DNA of 40,243 nt from a virus (taxonomy: Duplodnaviria; Caudoviricetes), in the IMG/VR virus record IMGVR_UViG_3300012921_000053, positions 1 to 40,243 of that record; one strand, 5' to 3'. A program made the translations under genes and the position numbers. Under the pieces are notes generated by a model, which saw nothing but the letters and a program-made list of their open reading frames with translations, did not search any database and was not told the origin of the DNA. Positions 9,006 to 17,652 of this stretch are shown here, in pieces. Numbering within the stretch: the stretch's first letter is position 1; the number at the start of each line of letters is the position of its first letter.

Positions 9006-9394
9006 GCGCCGTCGAGGAACAACTGCGCGCCGAAGTGGCTGACCTGCGCAAGCGACTTGCCGGTCTGGTAGGCACCGACGACCAGATCACCAGGCTGCGA
9101 ACCGGGCTGGGGCTGCGGCCGAAGCACGCCGCCGTGCTGGCTCTGATGCTGAACACCAGTCGCGCTCTCAGCGTCGAGGCCATCTACGCCAACGTGTTCG
9201 AACATGACAACGGTGACGGCCCGATCACCGACTGCGTCAAGGTCGCTATCTGCGAAATCCGCAAGCACATCGTCCCGCTTGGGGCGCCAGAGCGGTGCAT
9301 TCCAGCCGCGTTCGGAAGCGGGACCTACAGCCTGACGCCCGAGGCGCGGGCGTGGCTGACGGCACGGCTTCAGCCGATGGGGATTGCAGCGTGA
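9002..9394 (+). CDS. Stand-alone OmpR/PhoB-type winged-helix protein resembling the CtrA DNA-binding domain
   Basis: LSVEAIYANVF...GP...CVKVAICEIRKHI...FGSGTYSL aligns by eye to CtrA LTKEMFLNHLY...EP...IIDVFICKLRKKL...WGRGYVL; no receiver domain. Confidence 0.7.
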   Translation: MSAVEEQLRAEVADLRKRLAGLVGTDDQITRLRTGLGLRPKHAAVLALMLNTSRALSVEAIYANVFEHDNGDGPITDCVKVAICEIRKHIVPLGAPERCIPAAFGSGTYSLTPEARAWLTARLQPMGIAA

Positions 9395-9849
9395 CGCTCC
9401 GGCTAGTTTCCTCCGCACCGGCGCGAACGGCTTACAGTCCTGACCCTGTCGTGCAGGTGGGGCAACTCGTCAGGCGATTTGACGACATCGACCTGCGGCG
9501 CACCTTCGCCCTAATCGGCGGGATGATTTCGGCGCGCGAGGGCCAGGACGTCGTCGACCGCCTGACCGTAAACGTCAGAAACGCGACTCGGGCAGCCTCG
9601 GCGCCAAGTGCGCAGAGCATCATCATGCAGCTGGCGCTCCGCTACGATGTCACCGCAGAGGCCATCATTGGCCCAAAGAGATCGCCGAAACTCTGGCTGG
9701 CGCGCCAGCACGCCTATTTCGAAGTGCAGCGGCTGCGCCCGTGGCTTTCGTCGTCTCAAATCGGAGAGATCTTCGGCGGCCGCGACCACAGCACAATCCT
9801 CCACGGCATCAAGAGGCACAAGGAACGCTTCGCGGAGGTATCGGCATGA
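9391..9849 (+). CDS. DnaA domain IV (C-terminal HTH) protein
   Basis: IIGPKRSPKLWLARQHAYF...SSSQIGEIFGGRDHSTILHGIKR is the Bac_DnaA_C signature; no AAA+ domain. Confidence 0.85.
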   Translation: MTLRLVSSAPARTAYSPDPVVQVGQLVRRFDDIDLRRTFALIGGMISAREGQDVVDRLTVNVRNATRAASAPSAQSIIMQLALRYDVTAEAIIGPKRSPKLWLARQHAYFEVQRLRPWLSSSQIGEIFGGRDHSTILHGIKRHKERFAEVSA

Positions 9850-10103
9850 GTGCGCACGAGCCCGTCGTCGACTGGACCGAGGATCGCGTCGCGGTCATCC
9901 GCGCCCTCTGGAACGAGGGGAAGAGCGGCAGCCAGATCGCAGGCTACATCGGCGGTTCTGCTACCCGCTCTTCCGTCTTGGGCAAGCTGTATCGCATCGG
10001 TCTCATGGGGAACCGACGCATCCTGAGCGGCAAGCGTCCAAACCAGTTCAGCCGGCACCGCCCCACACCGCCCCGCTCCTTCAGTTGGGAGCAGCGCGCA
10101 TGA
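9846..10103 (+). CDS. GcrA N-terminal domain protein
   Basis: WTEDRVAVIRALWNEGKSGSQIAGYIGGSATRSSVLGKLYRIGL matches GcrA WTDERV..LKKLW..GLSASQIA..LGGVTRNAVIGKVHRLGL; lacks the Cys-containing C-terminal domain. Confidence 0.85.
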   Translation: MSAHEPVVDWTEDRVAVIRALWNEGKSGSQIAGYIGGSATRSSVLGKLYRIGLMGNRRILSGKRPNQFSRHRPTPPRSFSWEQRA

Positions 10104-10273
10104 CGCGGCCCTTCAACGCCACCGTCACGACCGGCTTCGTCAACCGCGCCGGCGAGTTCGTGCACTGGGTCCGGCCCGACAAGGGCGCGCCAGTGCAGAT
10201 CAAGTTTCATGAGGCGCTGCCCGACGGCAAGCGCGTGCGGCTGGTGGGAACCAGGATCGAGGGGGTTCAGTGA
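10100..10273 (+). CDS. Hypothetical phage protein
   Basis: ATGA-coupled 57 aa ORF. Confidence 0.55.
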   Translation: MTRPFNATVTTGFVNRAGEFVHWVRPDKGAPVQIKFHEALPDGKRVRLVGTRIEGVQ

Positions 10274-10479
10274 TGCTGGCGTTCATGGACCGCTCCGACG
10301 TCCTGCTGGCTGGCGAGCACGCCGGTCGCTACCTGTCCGGCCTGAACAAGACCGACCTCGCCACCCTGACCGCTGAAGAGTGGACGACGTTCCTGTGCAT
10401 CATCGTCAACGAGGCGAACAAGGCCGCCGGTGACCGCATCGTCGGCGCGTGGACGATTCCGGTGGGGGCAGAGGGGTGA
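10270..10479 (+). CDS. DUF6511-like small phage protein
   Basis: AGRYLSGLNKTDLATLTAEEWTTFL pattern; location upstream of primase. Confidence 0.6.
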   Translation: MMLAFMDRSDVLLAGEHAGRYLSGLNKTDLATLTAEEWTTFLCIIVNEANKAAGDRIVGAWTIPVGAEG

Positions 10480-10642
10480 GCGTTTCGCCTGAACAGACGG
10501 CCAGAGCATGGTCGCGGCTGATGGTTGGAGCCCTTCAGTCCCGGATGATCCGACGCTTTGACCGTTGCTGTCACGGGGGCGTGGTCAGTTATCGCCTGCC
10601 GCTCTTGGTTCGTCTCAATATCGCGAACCGGCGGATCGCCGC

Positions 10643-13012
10643 ATGAGCCCGTTCGCCTCCGCTTCCCCCGATCTGATCGCCCTCGGCTTCTCGGTCCTGC
10701 CCCTCATCCCCCACGACTGGGCACCTCATCAGGGCCGCGGCAAATGCCCGGGCGAGTACCGCTCGGGCGGCTGGCAGGGCATGGGCAAGTGGCAGCGGTT
10801 CCGCGACACCACGCCGTCGGCGTTCGAGCTCGGGCTGTGGTCCAAGGCCCCCGGCGCCAACATCGGCATCGTCATGGGCACGGTCGCGCGCAAGGACCTG
10901 CATGTCGTCGTTCTGGACTTCGACGCTCAGGACGCGGACGCACTCGACACGTTGCTGCGCGCCGCCCCCGCCTCGCCGATGGCCAAGCGTGGCGCAAAGG
11001 GCGAGAGCCGGTTCTACCTGGCCCCCAAGACACTGAAGACCGCCAGTTATGACGGCCCGGACGGCCGTCTGCTGGACCGCCTGACCGGCTTCGACACGCG
11101 CCAGACCGTCATACCGCCCAGCATCCATCCGGACACCGGCAAGCCGTATGTCTGGCTCGCCGGCCCTGTCCGCGCCGACGAGCTGCCGGTGCTAACGGAC
11201 GACGACATGGCCGCGCTTGAGGAGGCGCTGGAGACGTGCGGCTGGTCGAGGGAAAAGACGCGGTCGGAATCCCGACCTCGGCCAGACCGAGGGTCATTCG
11301 TTGTCGACCCCGACGACATCTGGTCCGAGACCAAGGCGGCGGCCCTCTCGCACCTCGACGCATGGGTTCCCGCCCTCGACCTGTACGGATGCAGGCCTGC
11401 GCGAGGCGGCTATGAGGCCGTGGCGACATGGCGGGCGTCGTCCACCGGTCAGGCGATCCCTGACCGCAAGCGCAACCTCAGCATCCAGCGCGACGGCATC
11501 AAGGATTTCGGCACCAACGACACGTACAGCGCGATCGATCTCGTCATGGCTGCCCGAGACTGCGAGCAGGCAGAGGCCACGGACTGGTTGCGTGAGCGGC
11601 TTGGGCTCAAGGACGATGGGGTGGTGATTGCTTTGGGCGGAATGACTATCGCTCAGACCGAGGGTCATTCGGACCTCGACCTGCCTGAGCCGCTGCGCGG
11701 TGGCGTCGCAGCTAATGAAATGCAGCCAGTAGTTACGCCTTGCGCCGATACTGTAATGAAGGGCAGCGCTTCCGGAGACCTCCCGGACACCCTCACTCGC
11801 GTACCCGGCCTCCTGGGCCAGATCACTGACTGGATCTCGGACACGGCGCGCAAGCCCCAGCGGGCCGGCAACCTGTTGGCGGCGCTGGAGATCATCGGAA
11901 CAGCGGCCGGTCGCACGTTCGGCGGCCCCACCGACACGGGCACACACCTGTATGGACTGTTCCTCGCTCCCTCTGGCGCCGCGAAGGATCACCCGCTCAA
12001 GAGCATAGACCGCGTGCTGCGCGCCGCGACGATGGGCGCGCACGTTGGCCCCGGTGAGTTCATGTCCATGTCGGCGCTCGTGTCGCGCCTGAATCGTCAG
12101 CCCAATACGGTCACCTGCATTGATGAGTTCGGCGGCTACCTCGGGCGCATCAACGGCAAGAAATCGTCGACCCACGAAAAGGCGATCACCCGCACCCTGC
12201 GTTCAGCCTGGGGCTCCAGCTTCGAAACCATGCTGACGCCTGAGTGGGCGGGGCGCGTTGGCGAACCGATCTTCTCGCCCGCGCTCAGCATCTACGGGGT
12301 GTCGACGCACGAGGAGTTCTTCCGCAACCTTGAAGGCGACGACGTCTTCAATGGCTTCCTGAACCGGTTCCTGATCTTCTCAACCCACACACGGATCGAG
12401 GAGCGCGAGCCGCTGCTGAGCAAGTCGGAGGTGCCGGTGAGCATCATCGATCAGTTGGTGGCGATCTACACCGCGATCCCGCCGCTGACCCGCGCGACCA
12501 GCCACAACCAGCAGTCCGACAAGGCCCCGATCACCTTGAAATGGGAGGGTGGCGTTGACGGCATCGCGCACTGCGCCTGGAAGGCGTTCGCTCAAGAGTG
12601 CGAGCGCATGGAACGTGACGCCGTGTTCTACACTCGTTCGGCCGAGATGGCTCAGCGACTGGCGACCATCCGCGCCATCGGCATCGACCCGAAGACACCA
12701 AAGATCACGCTCGACGATATGGACTGGGGCATCGCGGTCGCCCGCTATTCGGCGTCGCAGACGGTGTCGATGGCCAGCGATTACATGGCCGAGACGCAGA
12801 ACCAGATCGAATCCCAGCGCGTGCTGCGGATCATCCGTGAAGGCAGGCGCATGCTCTACCGCGATCTGCTCCGCGCCATGCAGCACCGGCTCCGCGCCCG
12901 TGACCTGCAGGACATTCTCAAGGCGCTGGAGGATGCAGGACAGGTTGTCGTGGAAGAGGGTGAGAGGCCGGCGACCGGCGGTCACAAGCCGAAGTTCTAT
13001 TGGGTGGCGTGA
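10643..13012 (+). CDS. Bifunctional primase-polymerase fused to a DUF3987-type helicase domain
   Basis: NIGIVMG..VVLDFD and PPSIHPDTGKPYVW (Prim-Pol); APSGAAKD, IDEFG, GFLNRF in the C-terminal ATPase. Confidence 0.85.
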   Translation: MSPFASASPDLIALGFSVLPLIPHDWAPHQGRGKCPGEYRSGGWQGMGKWQRFRDTTPSAFELGLWSKAPGANIGIVMGTVARKDLHVVVLDFDAQDADALDTLLRAAPASPMAKRGAKGESRFYLAPKTLKTASYDGPDGRLLDRLTGFDTRQTVIPPSIHPDTGKPYVWLAGPVRADELPVLTDDDMAALEEALETCGWSREKTRSESRPRPDRGSFVVDPDDIWSETKAAALSHLDAWVPALDLYGCRPARGGYEAVATWRASSTGQAIPDRKRNLSIQRDGIKDFGTNDTYSAIDLVMAARDCEQAEATDWLRERLGLKDDGVVIALGGMTIAQTEGHSDLDLPEPLRGGVAANEMQPVVTPCADTVMKGSASGDLPDTLTRVPGLLGQITDWISDTARKPQRAGNLLAALEIIGTAAGRTFGGPTDTGTHLYGLFLAPSGAAKDHPLKSIDRVLRAATMGAHVGPGEFMSMSALVSRLNRQPNTVTCIDEFGGYLGRINGKKSSTHEKAITRTLRSAWGSSFETMLTPEWAGRVGEPIFSPALSIYGVSTHEEFFRNLEGDDVFNGFLNRFLIFSTHTRIEEREPLLSKSEVPVSIIDQLVAIYTAIPPLTRATSHNQQSDKAPITLKWEGGVDGIAHCAWKAFAQECERMERDAVFYTRSAEMAQRLATIRAIGIDPKTPKITLDDMDWGIAVARYSASQTVSMASDYMAETQNQIESQRVLRIIREGRRMLYRDLLRAMQHRLRARDLQDILKALEDAGQVVVEEGERPATGGHKPKFYWVA

Positions 13013-13599
13013 TGGCGCTGGTCGGTCAGAACCTGATTGGCCGCACCTTTGGCCGTATGCAGGTCATAGGACGGCGAAGAGGCGGTGCGGCCCTCTGGTT
13101 TTTAAAGTGCGAGTGCTACAATTTCGCCAGCTCGCCAACAGGGAACCTTACCAGTGAGCGCAAGACGTCCTGTGGCTGCGGCCGATCGGATTGGGCGAGG
13201 ACTCGGAGCGAGAGCCGGGTTTCAATCGGTAGCACGCAGGGGCGACTTACTGTTACCGGCGAGAGGTCGTCTGGTGGGCGGTTGAGGCTCATCACAAGAT
13301 GCCGCTGCATGGGGCCGAACGACCGTCATGAAGTCCTTGCGCAGAGTTGGCGCGCCGAGAAGACGGGCGGCTCATGCGGTTGTATTGCAGTCGAGAAGCG
13401 GCTCAACGCCGCCCTGCGTGAGACGGCAGACGGTCAGTGGCTACTTGGGTTTGCAACGGGGGAGGTAGGAGCGCGACCCCAGCCCACCCGCATCCCGCCC
13501 ATGCCCAACCCGCACAAGCGCCCCTGGCCGACGTTGCCGGTGTCTGCGAGCGAAAGCGAACCGAGCCGAACGAACTCGCAGTTCGCCCGCGCTGCATAA
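13012..13599 (+). CDS. Protein with two GRxxV...CxC...SCGC repeats (N-terminal module of phage HNH/AP2 proteins)
   Basis: LIGRTFGRMQV...KCEC...TSCGC and GRLTV...RCRC...GSCGC. Confidence 0.7.
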   Translation: MALVGQNLIGRTFGRMQVIGRRRGGAALWFLKCECYNFASSPTGNLTSERKTSCGCGRSDWARTRSESRVSIGSTQGRLTVTGERSSGGRLRLITRCRCMGPNDRHEVLAQSWRAEKTGGSCGCIAVEKRLNAALRETADGQWLLGFATGEVGARPQPTRIPPMPNPHKRPWPTLPVSASESEPSRTNSQFARAA

Positions 13600-13639
13600 C
13601 GCTATTTTCCCGGCGCGTGTGGTGACTTATGGTCAGGCG

Positions 13640-13888
13640 ATGTGGAATCCGTTTGTCCCCAAACGCTCGGTCGATGTCGTCTTCGACGAGATGGAACGCG
13701 ACCTGCAAGCAATGGACGTCTACGACCGTCGACGCATGCGGCCTGTCCGCGATCTCCTGACTGCCATGATGGAAACCAGAGCAGTCACGACCAATAATGC
13801 ATCGTCGTACTGGGGTTGGGCCTTGAGCATTTACGCCTTCAGACAGATGCCGCGACCCACTGCCGGTCCTTTGGACGACGACGAATAA
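13640..13888 (+). CDS. Hypothetical moron-like protein
   Basis: 82 aa ORF; TATGGT -10-like hexamer 6 nt before the ATG. Confidence 0.5.
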   Translation: MWNPFVPKRSVDVVFDEMERDLQAMDVYDRRRMRPVRDLLTAMMETRAVTTNNASSYWGWALSIYAFRQMPRPTAGPLDDDE

Positions 13889-13920
13889 CCCAACAAAATC
13901 AAGTGGTGTTATAATGTATC

Positions 13921-14130
13921 GAGTGTCACATCGGACCGTGACACTTGCTGACACTTGCCCCTGAATCGGGACCGAGTGTCACCGAGTGTCACGGTGCAAA
14001 TGTGACACTTGCTCGCCTTATAATTCAACAACTTAACCCCTATTTAGAGCGAGTGTCACGCATAGGGGGTATGGTAGTATTCTTATCGAATAACGATATG
14101 AACATACACATATATCACGAGCGTGACTGA
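13921..14130. repeat. Iteron-like AGTGTCA/TGACACT repeat cluster with AT-rich tract (candidate replication origin)
   Basis: AGTGTCA at 13922, 13975, 13985, 14052; inverse TGACACT at 13939, 13949, 14003; AT-rich 14015-14115. Confidence 0.7.
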
Positions 14131-14234
14131 CGCTCGCTCGACGATAACCCAGCTGTAACAATCAGCGTCTATACCTCGACCTGCGTTGGCGCGCCTCAGG
14201 TCCAGAACCGCACCCGATCAGAAGGGGGCGACGA

Positions 14235-14735
14235 GTGGACGTGACGGCAGGCATCAGCGAACCGGCCGAGGCGGTTCATCACACCACCACCGTTCAGCCG
14301 CCCAAGATCCGGTTCGCCGATCAGGCCCTGGCGATCACCAGGCCGTACGTCGTTCACTCGCGAGCCGACATCGCGTCCATGATGCGCGCTCATCGCATCA
14401 GCATGAAGCTGAGCTGCGAGCAGTTCGACGCCGAGGCTGGGTTCCCGGACCGGTACGTCACCAAGCTGGAGAACAGCCGCGACCACACGACGGGTGGCAC
14501 GCGTCAGGGCTTCATCATCCGTCCGCCCGATCCGGAACGACCCGATGACGCCGGAAGCATCACCGCCTCGTTCATGGCCGAGGTCTGGCTGGAGACCGCG
14601 GGCGTGCGGCTCGTCCTCATGCCGGCCGAGCTGGCCGAGAAGATCGGCGCTGTGCCGGCGCCGAAGAGACAGACCAACCCCAACACCGCCAAGGCGCTGA
14701 GTGAACTAGCCCAGCTCGACGGCGAGACGCTCTAG
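14235..14735 (+). CDS. Hypothetical protein with degenerate XRE-like HTH (candidate late regulator)
   Basis: MRAHRISMKLSCEQFDAEAGFPDRYVTKLEN; sits at the early/late boundary. Confidence 0.55.
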   Translation: MDVTAGISEPAEAVHHTTTVQPPKIRFADQALAITRPYVVHSRADIASMMRAHRISMKLSCEQFDAEAGFPDRYVTKLENSRDHTTGGTRQGFIIRPPDPERPDDAGSITASFMAEVWLETAGVRLVLMPAELAEKIGAVPAPKRQTNPNTAKALSELAQLDGETL

Positions 14736-15272
14736 ATGCCCACTGGAACGCACGATCTTGTCGCTAAAGACGGCACACCGGTACGAAAAGGCCGCATAAG
14801 CCCCGAGTTGCGCACGGCTATTACCCTGATCGTGCATGAGGGGCTGACAGTTGCCGATGCGGCCAAACGCACAGGATATCAAACCGAGAGCCTGTCGAAG
14901 GCGCTCATCAAGCCGCACGTCAAGGCGTTCAGGGCATCTGTCAAACGCGCGTGGCTCGACTCAAAAACCGAGCGAGCGTGGCTCAACATGGCCAGACTGG
15001 CCGACAGCGCCTGCTCTGAGGACGTCCAGTACAAATCGAACAAGACGTTCCTCGAGGCGGCCGGCGAGCTGGGTGGCCCGGCCTCGGATCCCAACGCCAC
15101 GGCCCGGACCCTGGTCCAGATCGTCATCAACGCAGCCCAGAACGCAGGGCATCTGCCTGCCGGTCAGATGTCCGGTGTCATAGAAGCCGAGCCATATCAA
15201 CCTGTTGAGCCGCATCCGTCCAACTTGCGGACAGTTGGACGCGTTGAATCGGAGCCAGATGATGACCGCTAG
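14736..15272 (+). CDS. Putative terminase small subunit
   Basis: N-terminal HTH (GLTVADAAKRTGY..ESLSKALIKPHV), helical middle, VQIVIN strand and disordered tail. Confidence 0.6.
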   Translation: MPTGTHDLVAKDGTPVRKGRISPELRTAITLIVHEGLTVADAAKRTGYQTESLSKALIKPHVKAFRASVKRAWLDSKTERAWLNMARLADSACSEDVQYKSNKTFLEAAGELGGPASDPNATARTLVQIVINAAQNAGHLPAGQMSGVIEAEPYQPVEPHPSNLRTVGRVESEPDDDR

Positions 15273-15391
15273 GGGCATCGTTAAGTGGGCGTCGTATGGC
15301 GAACCGATGCTGGCAAGGGGCATCGGGCGGCCGCGGTCGGTTGCGGCGATAAATGCGCGATCGGGCCGAGAGGGCGGGGGAGGGGCAAATC

Positions 15392-15434
15392 GCGGGGGCG
15401 GAGAGTCCCGTGGGGTGTCGCCCCCGCATTTTTT
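15392..15434 (+). terminator. Intrinsic terminator-like hairpin
   Basis: GCGGGGGCG 15392-15400 pairs with CGCCCCCGC 15419-15427, followed by ATTTTTT. Confidence 0.5.
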
Positions 15435-15538
15435 GACCACCCGACCTCGTGCGATTCATTCGCAGAATTTTTTCAGCTTCCCGAACCTCCGCACGTCGGC
15501 TGCGCGGTCGGGCTTTCACCTGCCGATGGAGACTGGTG

Positions 15539-15700
15539 ATGTTGGATAACTGCATTCACGGGTTGGCGCTGATCTGCACGGCCATCGGTGCGACGCTTGG
15601 GTTCACAACGGGCAACACGGAGGCGGGGTGCTGGGCCGTGACTGCCGGCCTTTGGGTCGTAAGCTCGTGGGTCAAGGCGGCGAGCCTGGCCCGCCGATGA
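15539..15700 (+). CDS. Small two-helix membrane protein
   Basis: GGAGA RBS; hydrophobic 53 aa; ATGA overlap with the next gene. Confidence 0.5.
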   Translation: MLDNCIHGLALICTAIGATLGFTTGNTEAGCWAVTAGLWVVSSWVKAASLARR

Positions 15701-16491
15701 CCACCGTCCGCCGCAGCATCCCCCGGTCACCCACGCCCCTGACGCCTGAACAGCGGTTGGCGAAGGCGCAGCGCGTGGCGGACAGGGCGGTCGCCGCGGC
15801 GGCCTCTGCGGCGAGCGCCGCCGGTGTTGCCGACGACAAGGCCGAGGCGGCGCAGTCGGATGCGGACCAGGCGCTGCTGGATGCGGCGAATGCCCAGGCC
15901 GACGCGGATGCGGGGATCGTGCTCGCGACCGAGGCCGGCGACGATGCGGCCGACGCCATGCTGGCGGTTGATGCGGTGGTCGATGGAACGACGCCCTTCA
16001 CCGGCCTGAACGTCGGCGGCGATGACAAGGCCGGCTTCCTGACGAAGGTGGCGGGGGATGTGATCGACACGGACGGAATCGCCGATGAGGCGGTAACGGC
16101 GGTTGAGCCGGACTTCGACCCATCGACGACCGCGGTCACGACCACGGCGGAGACGACGCTGGCGAGCGTGTCGGTGACCGTCGTCGCGGGCGAGACGGTG
16201 GACCTGCAGGGCATTGTCGACGTGTTTGCGCTCTACTCGGGAACGCCCGCCGGCGATGTAGCGGCAAGCATTTCGATCCTGCTGTATCGCGACTCCACCC
16301 TGCTGCTGACGCGGACCACGCGCGCCATCAAGTCGGTCGTCATCGCCCTGCCGCTGCCGACGTCGTGGACCGACGAGCCGGCGGCCGGCGCGCACACCTA
16401 CACGCTCAGGGTCGCGACCAACAACATCACCGGTCTCAGCACCCTGAACTTCAGCAACCCCTATCTCACCGCCACGAGGATCAAGCGATGA
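15697..16491 (+). CDS. Fiber-like virion protein (Ala-rich coiled coil plus beta-rich C-terminus)
   Basis: Ala/Asp-rich N-terminal helix; Thr/Val-rich C-terminal domain with DEPAAGAHTYTLRV. Confidence 0.6.
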   Translation: MTTVRRSIPRSPTPLTPEQRLAKAQRVADRAVAAAASAASAAGVADDKAEAAQSDADQALLDAANAQADADAGIVLATEAGDDAADAMLAVDAVVDGTTPFTGLNVGGDDKAGFLTKVAGDVIDTDGIADEAVTAVEPDFDPSTTAVTTTAETTLASVSVTVVAGETVDLQGIVDVFALYSGTPAGDVAASISILLYRDSTLLLTRTTRAIKSVVIALPLPTSWTDEPAAGAHTYTLRVATNNITGLSTLNFSNPYLTATRIKR

Positions 16492-16496
16492 GCGGC

Positions 16497-16508
16497 CCGT
16501 GCGTTGAG
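16497..16508 (+). promoter_or_regulatory. Late promoter motif copy 1
   Basis: CCGTGCGTTGAG; ATG at 16539. Confidence 0.75.
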
Positions 16509-16576
16509 GCGGTGGGGCGGTTGCGGCGTGGTCGCGGCATGGAAACGCGCGCGAGAAACGGTGATGGGGGGCTACG

Positions 16577-16807
16577 TTGACCCTGCACACCGACGCTCAG
16601 AAACTGAACTGGTCGATGATCGGCGTGATTGTCGCGTTGTGCATTCAGGCCGCCGCTCTGGTATTCGGGCTGGGAGGCCTGACGCAACGGGTGACCAATC
16701 TGGAAAAGATCGTGGCGCCATTGAGCGACGGGACGCTGGCCCGGCTCGATGAGCGCACCAAGGCCATGAAGGACCAGCTGGACCGCATCGAACGGGAGGG
16801 CGCATGA
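16577..16807 (+). CDS. Holin-like single-TM protein with coiled coil
   Basis: TM segment then LARLDERTKAMKDQLDRIE; immediately upstream of endolysin. Confidence 0.6.
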   Translation: MTLHTDAQKLNWSMIGVIVALCIQAAALVFGLGGLTQRVTNLEKIVAPLSDGTLARLDERTKAMKDQLDRIEREGA

Positions 16808-17652
16808 CCCTCCACCTCCCGACCTTCTTCGCCTATGCGCGCCGCGCCCCGTTCGGCGGCCGGCTGACGAAAGAGCAGGTTCGCGGGTGCGAATCTGTGA
16901 TCAACGCCTTTGACGGCGCAGACGACCGCCATCTCGCATATGCGTTGGCGACGGGCTTCCATGAAACCGCCGGCACGATGGCGCCGGTGCGCGAGGGATC
17001 GACCCGGGCGCGGAGGCTGACCGACGCTCAGGCGCGGGAGGTTGTCGCCCACCGTCGGTACGGCAAGCCCGACGCGGAGACGGGTCACGTCTACTACGGT
17101 CGTGCCCTGCCGCAACTGACGTGGAAGCGGAACTACATCCGCATGGGCCGGGAACTCGGCCTGGATCTGGTCGGCAACCCCGAACTCATGCTGGACTGGG
17201 ACGTCTCGGCGAGAGCCCTGCATGTCGGGATGCGCGACGGCCTGTTCACGGCAAAGCGCCTCGACCAGTATTTCAACGCCACGACCGACGACCCGGTCGG
17301 CGCCCGACGCATCGTCAACGGTACGGACAAGGCCAGCCTGATTGCCGGCTACCACGCCTCGTTCCTCGCCGCCATCAAGGCCGCGCGGGCTGAGCAGGCT
17401 CGACCACACCCCGCGCCCGCTGCCGTCCACGAGGCGGCGAAGCCTGACGGCGCGGACCTGAAGACGGACAAGGTCGTCATCGGCGGCGTGCTGACCGGCG
17501 CTGGTGCGATTGGCGGCATGGTGACGTACGCCAAGCCGGTGCTGGAATCGATCAACAGCCCGTGGGCCTTCGGCTTCGCGGTCGTGATCGCGCTGGGCCT
17601 GTTCCTGGTCCTGACGGGGCGGGTGCAGTTGAAGGTGCGGGGAGGGGTGTGA
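16804..17652 (+). CDS. Endolysin, glycoside hydrolase family 19, with C-terminal membrane segments
   Basis: AYALATGFHET..TMAPVRE, YYGRALPQLTWKRNY, ARRIVNG. Confidence 0.88.
   Translation: MTLHLPTFFAYARRAPFGGRLTKEQVRGCESVINAFDGADDRHLAYALATGFHETAGTMAPVREGSTRARRLTDAQAREVVAHRRYGKPDAETGHVYYGRALPQLTWKRNYIRMGRELGLDLVGNPELMLDWDVSARALHVGMRDGLFTAKRLDQYFNATTDDPVGARRIVNGTDKASLIAGYHASFLAAIKAARAEQARPHPAPAAVHEAAKPDGADLKTDKVVIGGVLTGAGAIGGMVTYAKPVLESINSPWAFGFAVVIALGLFLVLTGRVQLKVRGGV

Noticed and set aside
11960-11990. Walker A variant SGAAK suggesting an inactive helicase
   Set aside because: The Lys and Walker B (IDE) are retained; a single Gly-to-Ala change is not enough to claim inactivation
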